This document shows positions 52,061 to 62,060 of a stretch of DNA of 64,000 bases, one piece after another (positions within the stretch are counted from its first letter, which is position 1; each line of letters starts with the position of its first letter). The notes below the pieces were generated by a model, which worked only from the letters and a program-made list of their open reading frames with translations, ran no database searches and was not told the DNA's origin. A program made the position numbers and the translations under genes. This DNA is from an uncultured Gemmatimonadales bacterium (GTDB taxonomy: Bacteria; Gemmatimonadota; Gemmatimonadetes; Longimicrobiales; Gaopeijiaceae). The stretch covers positions 1 through 64,000 of the forward strand of contig CAWELD010000004.1 of NCBI GenBank assembly GCA_963809895.1, written 5' to 3'.

Positions 52061-52238
52061 GGAGCGCCTCCTTCGTCGGTCGGTCCGGCACGGTAGGTCG
52101 CCAGGAAGGGCTCCACAAGCGGACACCCGAGCCCTCGGCTGGACGCGATGATCGTTTTCGCCTCGATCTTCCGCTTGTGAGGTCGGAAGGAGCCACGCCC
52201 CGCGCGCACGGCTCCGCGACTGCGCCTCGGAGGCCCTC

Positions 52239-55200
52239 ATGACCACCCCCCTCGAGCACCATGCGACACGACCCTGCTCCGATGAGCTGGATCCGCACCC
52301 CTCACAGGCCCGCCGCATCCGCCGGCGGCGCGTGCCCATCGGGCGCGCGTCACGGCTGGCGACGTGGCTGGTCACGACTCTGGTTGCGAGCTTCGGCGCG
52401 GCGTGCGGAGGCGACGGAGGGACCGGCGTTCCCGAGGCCCGGTCCGTGGCCGCGCTGGGGCCGACGACCTTCACCGGCGCCACCGACGCCGAGCTCTCCC
52501 AGCCACTTCAGGTGCGCGTGACGGGATCGGACGGGAATCCCTTCGCGGGCCAGCCCGTCACCTGGGCCGTGACCGCAGGAGCGGGAACGGTGAGCGCGAG
52601 CACCACCACCACCGACGCGTCCGGCACCGCATCGGTCACCTGGACGCTGGGACCCGCGGCGGGAGCCAACACGGTGACCGCCACCGCGGCGGGCGTGGGC
52701 TCGGTCACCTTCAATGCGACGGCGTCGTTCGAGACGCTCGAGCCCACGGTGGACATTCCCGGTATCCGGCGACCTCGAGGTGGAGCGAGTGGTCATTCCC
52801 GCCGGGGTCGTGGTGACGCTCACCGGCCCGACCCGGATCGTGGCGGCCGGCGAGGTCACGATCGCGGGCACGCTGGAGGGCGACTGCCAGGCCCTGGAGA
52901 TCGTCGGAGGCGCCGGCGGGTCGTTCGAAGGCGACGTCAGCAATGCCTGTGTCGCAGGTACCCGCAGCGAGCCTCGGCCCCGACCTGAGCATCCAGGTCG
53001 ACGGCCCGCTGGACATGCGGGGCACCGTGCTCACCACCGGCAACCTCTTTCTCAGCAACACCTCCGCCCTCACCCCGGCGACCTTCGCCGCGCGCGCGGG
53101 CCGCGGCGCCCAGCCTGCTTCCGGGCTGTCGTCGGTCACCGTCGACCCGTGCTTCTTCAGCGGGGAGTTCGGGGTGCCGGAAGGAACACAGCCGGCCACC
53201 TCGGCCCCCGGCCAGCCAGGGCTCGACGGGCAGAACATCGCAGGCGGCTGCAGCGGCCCCGCCGTGGTGCAGGATGCCATCTTCCGGCCGGGGCCCGGCG
53301 GCCTTCCCGGGGCTCCGAACCTGGACGACGGCGGCGATGACGGTCCCGCCACGGGCTCGGGCATGCCCGGCGGCAACGGCGGCAAGTACGAGAAGGACTG
53401 GATGGCGGACGTCACGTACGACAACGCCCTCATCTGGCTGTCCGACGGCGCCGACGGAGGATCGGTGGACGTCATCGGCGACCAACCCGGGGCAGTCCGC
53501 CATCGCCAGCGGAGGCGACGGAGGCAACGGTGGAGGCCTCGAGGTCACATCGACGGGCACCATCACCATCGGCCCCGGCGGCCTCGACATCGTGGTGGGC
53601 TCGGGGGGCGAGGGCGGGGGCGCGGTGGCCCAGGGCGCCGACGGACGGGACGGCGGCGCGGAGCCCGCTCAGAAAGGCGGCAGCGCCACGTCCCGGGGCG
53701 GCGAGGGAGGCACCACGACGCCGGGCACCCTCACCGCCACCGGCGACATCGTCTTCCAGGGTGAGATCGAGGTCACCGCGGCCCCCGCCGGCAACGGGGG
53801 CGATGCCACCTCCATGGCCGGCAAGGGCGGCGACGGGGGATCCACCGTGGGCAACCAGCACGGGGCCGCGGGCGGCGACATGATCGCCCACGGCGGCGAC
53901 GGAGGCGACGACGAGACCCGGGTGAACGGCCGGGCTGACGGGTTCGGCGGCGACGGCGGCGACATCACGCTGGCAGGCGGCGCGGGCGGGGACGGCTACG
54001 ACTTCTGCGCCGATCCCACCCTGGACGGCCCCGGCGGCGACGGGGGCGATGGGGGCAGCATCGCCCGGGCCGGCGGCACGCGCTCGGCTCCCGGCAAGGC
54101 CGGCCAGTCCGGCCCGGGCGGGACCGATGGGGTCGACGGCACCTTCGTCATCGAAAGCAACACGGGCAATGCAGGCGACGGCGGCGCCGGAGAGGTGGCC
54201 GCGGGCGTCGGTGGCGCCCCCGGAAGCGACGACGGCATGGATCCCACCTTCGACGGCCAGCGGGGGGACCCCGTCTTCGCGCCGGGCGTCGACGCCGCGC
54301 GCTGCAACACGCCGCCGGTGCTCACGCCCCCCGATCCCGCCCCCGAGACGCCGCGAGACACGCCCGTCGAGGTCGTGGTCGGCTACAGCGACCTGGGCGG
54401 CGACGCGCCCGATCTGGGCACCTGGACGGTCACGGGGCTGGACGCCTCGGAAGGCTCGCTGTCCGCCCCGCAGCCGGTAGAGGTCGCAGGACAGGTCGTG
54501 GGCATCACCTTCACCTTCACGCCGACCCCCGGCTTCCAGGGTACGGCGACCTTCCAGGTCAGGGTCGCGGACGCGTTGGGAGCCCAGAGCGAGACCATCG
54601 ACGTCGAGGTCGAGGTCAACAACGCCGAGCCGCTCTTCAACGACGGCGAGGGAGACATCGTGGTACAGGTGCCCCGCGGCGGTCAGAAGAAGATCGACCT
54701 GTCCTTCAACGACGCCGACGGCGACGAGATGACCTACTCCGTGGTGGACGGAGCGGGGCCGGACCACGGCTCGCTCACGCCCGCCACCTTCCCGGCGAGC
54801 ACCAACGGCGTCACCACCACCTACCAGCACGACGGCAGCGCCGGCGACTCGGACATGTTCTCGGTCCAGGCCGACGACGGCATGGGCGGGGTGGTCGTGG
54901 GCCGGGTGCTGATCACCATCGTGGACAACGCCGCCCCCGAGTGCACCGACAGCGACAAGCTGGTGGAGCTGCTCGCCGGCGAGTCCGTCGTCATCACGCT
55001 GTCCGCCACCGACGCCGAGGGCGAGCTGATCACCTTCGATCTGCTCATGGCGCCCACCCTGGGCACCGTCACGGGATTCCCCATCAACGGCGGCACCGTC
55101 GAGGTCGAGTACACGTCCAACGGCACCCCGGGCGCGGACCGATTCACCTACACCGTCACCGACGCGTCGGGGAACCAGAGCGAGTGCGCCGTGCGCCTCC

Positions 55201-56159
55201 ACGTGCGCAGCGGCGAGAAGCTCGTCCTCACCACCGGCAGCACCAACACGGCCGAGGGCATCATCCGCTTCGATCCGGCCAAGGGCATGTTCGAAGCCAC
55301 CGTTCCGGCGCCTCCCGAGGCCAACGGACTCTCCCCTCTCGACGACGGGTCCTTCCTGGCCGCCATCAAGAGCGGCGCCCTCCTGCGCTTCGATCCGTTC
55401 TCGGGGCTGCCCGTCACCGACTTCGGCAGCTCGGGCGTGGTCACCGTCGAGGCCGGCGTGGTGGACGTGACCTACCTGCCCGACGGCACCATCCTGGTCA
55501 CCAACGTCGTCACGGGAGAGATCACCCTGGTGGCTTCCGACGGCACCGTCCTGGAAGGGAGCGAGATCCTGCTGGAGCCGGGCATCGAGAAGATCGAGGC
55601 CTCACCCGACGGCTCGAAGATCTTCGTCTTCCAGCGCAACGACCCCGAGAATCCCCTGGACGACGAGTTCCTCATCCTCGACGGCGTCAGCAAGGAGGTG
55701 ATCGAGGCGATCCCCACGACGCTGCTGCTGGACATGGAGATCAGCCCCGACGGCAAGAAGCTGGTCCTCACCAACGCCGTGCTCCGGGCGTGCTCCGGTT
55801 CGACGTCTACGACATCGAGGCCATGGCCTGGGCCACGGAGCAGCCCATCCTCGTGGAAGAGGCGGCGCCAGGGCTCCGGAGGGATCGCGTTCACGCCCGA
55901 TGGGAGCCGGTTCTACCTGACGGACACCGAGAACGGCGGTCGTGCACTCGCCTTCGACGCCGACAGCTACCAGCGGCGTCCCGAGGAGGACATCACCGGA
56001 GTTCCGGTCATCGCCTTCCGCGAGATCCTGTTCACGCTCGACGGGCTGACACGGATCTTCCTGGGCCCGGAGAGCATGGTGGTGCAGGACGTGACCACCG
56101 GGGAGTTCGGGCCCGTGAGGGCGCTCCCCGGCTTCATCGACGCGAAGCTCTACCGCTGA
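52239..56159 (+). CDS. Large surface lipoprotein: Big_1-type Ig domain, Gly-rich repeats, tandem Ig/cadherin-like domains, C-terminal beta-propeller; frameshifted
   Basis: 'AACGG' lipobox; 'TDASGTASVTWTLG'; many GGxGGxGG motifs; 'FTFTPTPGFQGTATF', 'DRFTYTVTD'; 'SPDGSKIFV', 'FTPDGSRFY'. Confidence 0.75.
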
Positions 56160-56201
56160 CCCGGGGCTGCGAGCCCGGCGCGGTCACGCCGTCGTTCCGC
56201 C

Positions 56202-58724
56202 TCAGCCGGGCGGCGTCCGAAAGGGCGCCGCCCGCTCCGGCTTTCCCCAAGCCTCGTACAACTCCACCAGCGCATCGCGCAGCGCCTCGGTGTCGGCGCC
56301 CTGTGACTCGGCCCAGCGATACCGCTCCAGCAAGCGGGTCTCCGCCTGTTCCCACCGACCGAGACGGCCCAGCGCGGCGGCGAGCTCGACGGTGACCCCG
56401 TCGAGGGTGGGATAGGCCTCGCCGCCGATGGCCCGATAAGCGGCCGCCGCCCGCTCGAGCTGCTCCACCGCGGCCTCGTCGTCGTGGTCGTGACGGGCCA
56501 GCGAGTACCCGAAGTTGTAGCGCGTGTTGGCCACCGACACGTGGTTCTCGCCCAGCATGGGGACACGTATCGCCAGTGCCCGCTCGTAGGCGCCCCGGCC
56601 GTCGGCCAGGCGTCCCGCCTCGTAGTAGGCCTGCGCTACGTTGAACCAGGAGGTGCCCATGGCGGCGTGGTCGTCGCCGTACAGGCTCCGCCGGATCTCC
56701 AGTGCCTCTTCCAGATCGTCGATGGCGGCCTGGTGGTTGCCGAGCCGGAGTTGGAGCGCCCCCATGCTGCTGAGGATCGCGGCGGCCCGCGTGTGCTGGC
56801 GACCGAACTCCCGCTCGATGATGGCCAACGCTTCGGCGTACAGGGGGATGGCTTCCTCGGCTCGGCCGGCCCGGGTGTGGACGATGGCCAGCGCCTGCAT
56901 GGGAACCGTGGCATCGGGTTCACCCCGCGCGCCCTGCTCCTCGTAGATGCCCAGCGACGTCTCCAGGAGCTTCCGGGTCTCCTCGGGCTCGAGGTTGCGC
57001 TCGGCGTTGGCGGCCCCCAGGAGGGCCAGCGCCCGGGCGCGCGTGAGCGGCTCCACCGCCCCCTGGGACAGCTCCACCGCCGTACGGAACACGTCCTGCG
57101 CCTCGTCGTAGCGCGTCTGCCCGTGGAGCGCGCGGCCGAGGTCGATCATCTGGCGGGCGCGCAGATCCACGTCGTCCGAGCCGGCACTCGCGTCCAGGGC
57201 GCTGCGCGCGACCGCCTCGGCCTCTTCGTGGAGACCGAGCAGCGTGTACACGGGCGCGATGGTGCCGTACAGCTCGGCCTGGAGGTCCGGATCGCCTCCG
57301 AAGACCGAGTCGACGCGGGCGGTGCCGGCGGCAAGCAGCTCCCGCGCGGTCACGTCGGCCCCGCGCGCCCGGTTGGGATCGGCCCATTCGAAGAGCCCCG
57401 TCAGAAACCCGATCACGCCCTGGGCCCGGTCTCGCTCGAAGCGGGCCTGCGCGGCCTCGCGCTGCGCCCGGCGGTACTGAACGCCTGCCAGGACCGCCGA
57501 CGCGGACACGCCGAGGAACGCCAGCGTCGCCGCCGCCACCGGAACGCGGTGGCGGCCCACGAAGCGCCGGAGCCGGTAGGCCGCCGAGTCGGGGCGGGCC
57601 TCGACGGGGAGGCCCTCCCGCCAGCGGCGCAGGTCGTCGCGCAGGGCGGCGACGGTGGGGTAGCGCCGCTCGGGCTCCTTCCGCAGCGCCTTCAGCGTGA
57701 TGCTGTCGAGATCACCTCGCAGCCGACGCCCCCACCGCACCTCCGCAGCCTGCGCCTCCGGCGACGGACCCACGGACGCGGGCTCGTCCCGGACGCGCGT
57801 CCGATCACTGGGACGCGTGACCTCTCCGGTAAGCGCCGCCTCGCGCATCTGCATCAGACTCGACCCCGACCCCGCGTACGGGTGCACGCCGGTGAGGAGC
57901 TGGTACAGGAGAATGCCGAGCGCGTACACGTCGGTTGCGGTGGTGATCGGACCGCCCTGGAGCTGTTCGGGGGCGGCGAACCGAGGTGTGAGCGGAAGCT
58001 GGCCGGTGCGCGTCTGATCGCCGTCGTCTTCGGCCTCCAGGAGCTTCCCGATCCCGAAGTCCAGCAGCTTGGGCTTGCCATCACCCGTCACCAGGATGTT
58101 GCTGGGCTTCAGATCGCGGTGCACCACCAGATTCTCGTGGGCGTACTGGACCGCCTCGCAGACCTGGTCGAACAGTGCGAGGCGCGATTCCAGACCGAGC
58201 TGCTCCAGCCGGCAGTAGTCGTTGATCCTGGTGCCTTCGACGAACTCCATGGCGACGTAGGGCCGCCCGTCCGCCGTGGTGCCACCCTCGATGAAGCGCG
58301 CGATCCCCGGATGCTCCAGCCCGGCGAGGATCTTCCGTTCGGTCCGGAAGCGGCGGACCAGCTCGCCGGAGTCCATGCGGGCTTGCACCACCTTGAGCGC
58401 CACGCGCTGCACGAAGCCGTCGCCCTGGCGCACACCTTCGTAGACCGTGCCCATGCCGCCCTGCCCGAGCACGCCCACGACGTCGAAGTCCCCGATGCGC
58501 GCGGGGCGATCCTCGGGCTCGGCACCGACCCGGAAGGGCGAGACCAGGGGTGTCGCCAGAAAGGCCTCGCCGTCGTCCAGCTGCTGAAGCAGCCCCTCGA
58601 TCTCGCGCCGCAGCTCGGGGTCGCCGGCGCAGGCCTCGGCCAGCAAGGCGTCCCGCGCCGGGCCTTCCAGCTCGGCGGCGCGGGCTCCGAGATCCTCGAT
58701 CTGGGCCCACCGCTCGCGATTCAC
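56202..58724 (-). CDS. Ser/Thr protein kinase with TPR repeats
   Basis: GQGGMG, VALKV, HRDLKPSN, LLDFGIGK, 'LRGDLDSI..KAL.KEPERRY'; TM helix; TPRs. Confidence 0.95.
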   Translation of the reverse strand: MNRERWAQIEDLGARAAELEGPARDALLAEACAGDPELRREIEGLLQQLDDGEAFLATPLVSPFRVGAEPEDRPARIGDFDVVGVLGQGGMGTVYEGVRQGDGFVQRVALKVVQARMDSGELVRRFRTERKILAGLEHPGIARFIEGGTTADGRPYVAMEFVEGTRINDYCRLEQLGLESRLALFDQVCEAVQYAHENLVVHRDLKPSNILVTGDGKPKLLDFGIGKLLEAEDDGDQTRTGQLPLTPRFAAPEQLQGGPITTATDVYALGILLYQLLTGVHPYAGSGSSLMQMREAALTGEVTRPSDRTRVRDEPASVGPSPEAQAAEVRWGRRLRGDLDSITLKALRKEPERRYPTVAALRDDLRRWREGLPVEARPDSAAYRLRRFVGRHRVPVAAATLAFLGVSASAVLAGVQYRRAQREAAQARFERDRAQGVIGFLTGLFEWADPNRARGADVTARELLAAGTARVDSVFGGDPDLQAELYGTIAPVYTLLGLHEEAEAVARSALDASAGSDDVDLRARQMIDLGRALHGQTRYDEAQDVFRTAVELSQGAVEPLTRARALALLGAANAERNLEPEETRKLLETSLGIYEEQGARGEPDATVPMQALAIVHTRAGRAEEAIPLYAEALAIIEREFGRQHTRAAAILSSMGALQLRLGNHQAAIDDLEEALEIRRSLYGDDHAAMGTSWFNVAQAYYEAGRLADGRGAYERALAIRVPMLGENHVSVANTRYNFGYSLARHDHDDEAAVEQLERAAAAYRAIGGEAYPTLDGVTVELAAALGRLGRWEQAETRLLERYRWAESQGADTEALRDALVELYEAWGKPERAAPFRTPPG

Positions 58725-59290
58725 GCGCTCTCCTGGCCGGTCAGCTCCCGTCTGAGCCAGGCTCTCGCCATGGTCCAGGACCGGCGCGCCGTGGGCTCGG
58801 ACACACCCAGGACCTCGGCGATCTCGCCGTGGCTGAGTCCCCCGAAGAACCGATACTCCACGACCCGGGCGCCGCGCTGGTTGAACTCCGCCAGCTCCTT
58901 CATGGCCTCATCCAGCGCCACGAGCGAGGGCAGAGGCTCGTGTCCCAGGACCTCCTCGAGACCTTCCAACGGAACCGCGCTCGCGCCGCCGCCTCGCTTC
59001 TGCGCGGAGCGCGCTCGCGCGTGGTCGATGAGGATGCGGCGCATGGCGGTGGCGGCCGCGGCGAAGAAATGAGCTCGCCCGGACCAGCCCCACGCTTCGC
59101 GCTCCACGAGTCGCACGTAGGCCTCGTGGACGAGGGCGGTGGGGCTCAGGGTGTGATCCGGGCGCTCGTCGCCCATGCGGGCGTGGGCCACGGAGCGGAG
59201 GTCCTCGTAGACGAGCTGGAAGAGCCGGTCGAAGGCCTCGGCCGACCCGCCGCCGGCCTGCTCGAGGAGCCGGGTCACCTCTCCACTCAT
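58721..59290 (-). CDS. Kinase-associated ECF sigma factor (ECF43/EcfK-like)
   Basis: 'LVYEDLRSVA...DHTLSPTALVHEAY...AMRRILIDHAR...RFFGGLS...ARAWL'. Overlaps the kinase start. Confidence 0.9.
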   Translation of the reverse strand: MSGEVTRLLEQAGGGSAEAFDRLFQLVYEDLRSVAHARMGDERPDHTLSPTALVHEAYVRLVEREAWGWSGRAHFFAAAATAMRRILIDHARARSAQKRGGGASAVPLEGLEEVLGHEPLPSLVALDEAMKELAEFNQRGARVVEYRFFGGLSHGEIAEVLGVSEPTARRSWTMARAWLRRELTGQESA

Positions 59291-59532
59291 GGACGGCGGC
59301 TTGGCATGGAAGATCTCCTGATCGTGCGTCCGGGTACGGTAGGCCGCGCCGGAGAGCGCCACAAGCGCCGCCCACGCCGCGTCCGCCCGAGCCTCGCCCT
59401 CGCTGCGGCTCTGGCGCCCCAGTCCTCCCGGCTCCATGGACCTTCGCCACTGTAGCGTGGCCTTCGCGAACAACCCTGGCGTCCGGAAGCGACGCGCGCC
59501 ATAGATACGACTCCCTCCCACCTGGAGCAGTC

Positions 59533-61971
59533 ATGGAGACGATCCTCCGGGAGTTGCGTGTCGCCGAGCGCTCACTTCGGCGCGATCCGGGATTCTCCAT
59601 CGCCGCGGTCCTCACCCTGGCGCTCGGGATCGCCGCCACCACGGCCGTCTTCAGCGTGCTCTACGGGGTGTTGTTGGCCCCCCTTCCCTATCCCGACGGC
59701 GAGCAGCTCGTCCGGCTCTACTCCAGCAACGCGCGCCAGGGTGTCGTGCGCGGACCCATGAGCGGCTCGGACATGTGGGACTACCGCGCCGCAGCCAGTG
59801 TGGCGGCGGCGGCTCCGGCACTCCCCTACGAGGGCACGCTGGAAGACGACGCCGGCAACCCCGTTCGGGTGCCGGCCTACGTGGTTTCTTCGGACTTCTT
59901 CCAGGTCTTCCGCACACCCATGGCGATGGGCCGGGGGTTCCTCCCGGAAGAGGACGCTCCCGGCAGCCCCATCGAAGTGGTATTGAGCCATCAGCTCTGG
60001 CAGACGGCGCTGGGCGGTGATCCCTCCATCGTGGGCAGGAGCATCACCGTCGAGGGAGGCCCGGTCACCGTGGTGGGTGTGACGGCGCCCGAGATGCGCT
60101 ACCCGCGCGACGCCGCGTTGTGGGTGCAGATCGGGGTGAACTGGCCGAATCTCGCGCGTCGGGCCCGAACCTGGCCCGTGGTCGCGCGCCTGGCGCCGGG
60201 TGTCGAGTTGGAGGTCGCCCGCACGGAGTTGAATACGATCGCCGCACGGCTGCAGCGCGAATACTCCGAGTGGAACACGGGATGGGAGGTCGAGGTGGTC
60301 CCGCTCAAGGAGGCGCTCGTGGGGGATCTCCGCGACGCGCTCCTGATCCTCATGCTCGCCTCCGCCGGCATCCTGCTGGTGGCGGCCGCCAACGTGGCGA
60401 ACCTGCTGCTGGCCCGGGGCGCGGCCCGCCTGCGGGAGACCGCGCTGCGGGCGGCATTGGGTGCAGGACGCTGGCAGATCGTACGCGGTCTGTTCGCCGA
60501 GGCCCTGGTGATCTCGGTGGGCGGAGCGGCGATCGGCGTTCTGCTGGCGTTCGGTGCCCTGGCGACGTTCCGGCGACTGGCGCCTCCGCAGCTCGCCATC
60601 ATCGGAGACGTCGCCTTCGGATGGCAGGCCCTGGTGTTCGCGGCCGTGGTCACCGGGGGCACCACGCTCGTGTTCGGGCTGCTCCCCGCGATCCGGGCGT
60701 CCGCGCCCGACATCCGCTCGCTCCTTGGAGACAGCGGCGGGCGCGCCACCACCGGCGTCGGCGGCGCCTGGCTGCGATCGGGGTTGGTCGTGAGCGAGGT
60801 CGCCGTCGCCACGGCGCTGGTCATCGGCTCCGGCCTGCTCCTGAAGAGCTTCGCGAGGCTCAACGCCACAGACCCCGGGTTCGAGGTACGTGACGCGCTC
60901 ACCTTCAATGTGGCGCCGCCGGTGGCGAGCTTCGGGGATTTCGACGACGTCACCCGCTACTACGAGGACCTGGTCGGCGGGTTGTCCTCGCTGCCTGGGG
61001 TGCGCGGCGTGGCCGGTATGACCACCCTGCCCCTGAGCACCGAATACGACGTCTTCAGACCGGTCCGCATCCTGGATGCGCCGGAGCCGGTGGCCGGCGA
61101 GGAGCCGCAGGCCTACATGCGCATCGTGACGCCGGGATTCTTCGCGGTCATGGGGATTCCCGTGATCGACGGACGGGCCTTCAACGACTTCGACACGCGC
61201 GACGCGGCGCCGGTGGTGGTGGTCAACGAGGCCTTCGCACGCCGCAATCTCACGGACGGCCGCGTGCTCAATCGGAAGATCGAGCTGGTCTCCAGGAACT
61301 TCGGACCCATCGGCCAGATCCTGAATGCTGAAGTCGAGGTCGTGGGCGTGGTGGGCGACGTGCGCTACGCCGGCCTCGGCGAAGACGTGCTGCCCGCGAT
61401 GTACTTTCCGTACGCCCAGGCTCCGCACCGGCGCATGTCGCTGCTGGTGGCTCCGGAGTCGGGGGATCCCGCGTCGTTCATCGCCGGCGCCCGGGATCGG
61501 GCGTCGCGTGTCAGCTCCCAGGTGGCCATCAGCGGCGTCAACACCATGGACCAGGTGATGCGCGCATCGACGCTCAGCCGACGCTTCACGGGGACGCTAC
61601 TTCTGGTCTTCGGACTCGTCACGCTGGCCATGGCCATGGTCGGCATCTACGGCGTGGTCTCGTACCAGGTCACGGAGCGCGTGCGCGAGATGGCCGTGCG
61701 CATGTCCATCGGCGCCACGCCCGGCGAGGTCATGGGGCTCATTCTCCGCTCCGGCGCGCGCATGTGGGGGCTCGGGATCGTCGTGGGGGTCGTCGGAGCC
61801 CTCGCGCTCCGCCGCGTCCTGGCCAGTCAGCTCTTCGGCGTGAGCGCCTCGGACCCGGCGGTCTTCGCGGGCGCCGCCTTGATCCTCGGCGTGGTGGCGG
61901 TCGCAGCGACCTCGATCCCCGCGTTCCGCTCCACCCGGGTCGAGCCGGCGAAGGTGCTGCGCGAGGCCTGA
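59533..61971 (+). CDS. Duplicated ABC transporter permease (ADOP/MacB-like)
   Basis: 'RRDPGFSIAAVLTLALGIAATTAVFS', '[11 protein letters not shown]', 'RVREMAVRMSIGA'. Confidence 0.95.
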   Translation: METILRELRVAERSLRRDPGFSIAAVLTLALGIAATTAVFSVLYGVLLAPLPYPDGEQLVRLYSSNARQGVVRGPMSGSDMWDYRAAASVAAAAPALPYEGTLEDDAGNPVRVPAYVVSSDFFQVFRTPMAMGRGFLPEEDAPGSPIEVVLSHQLWQTALGGDPSIVGRSITVEGGPVTVVGVTAPEMRYPRDAALWVQIGVNWPNLARRARTWPVVARLAPGVELEVARTELNTIAARLQREYSEWNTGWEVEVVPLKEALVGDLRDALLILMLASAGILLVAAANVANLLLARGAARLRETALRAALGAGRWQIVRGLFAEALVISVGGAAIGVLLAFGALATFRRLAPPQLAIIGDVAFGWQALVFAAVVTGGTTLVFGLLPAIRASAPDIRSLLGDSGGRATTGVGGAWLRSGLVVSEVAVATALVIGSGLLLKSFARLNATDPGFEVRDALTFNVAPPVASFGDFDDVTRYYEDLVGGLSSLPGVRGVAGMTTLPLSTEYDVFRPVRILDAPEPVAGEEPQAYMRIVTPGFFAVMGIPVIDGRAFNDFDTRDAAPVVVVNEAFARRNLTDGRVLNRKIELVSRNFGPIGQILNAEVEVVGVVGDVRYAGLGEDVLPAMYFPYAQAPHRRMSLLVAPESGDPASFIAGARDRASRVSSQVAISGVNTMDQVMRASTLSRRFTGTLLLVFGLVTLAMAMVGIYGVVSYQVTERVREMAVRMSIGATPGEVMGLILRSGARMWGLGIVVGVVGALALRRVLASQLFGVSASDPAVFAGAALILGVVAVAATSIPAFRSTRVEPAKVLREA

Positions 61972-62060
61972 GGCGGCTCCGGTGCTGGCGCTCGCCCTCG
62001 CCGGCCGGTAGCGTTCCTTCCCGGTCCAACCGAAGCACCCCCATCCCCCCGGAGAGACTC

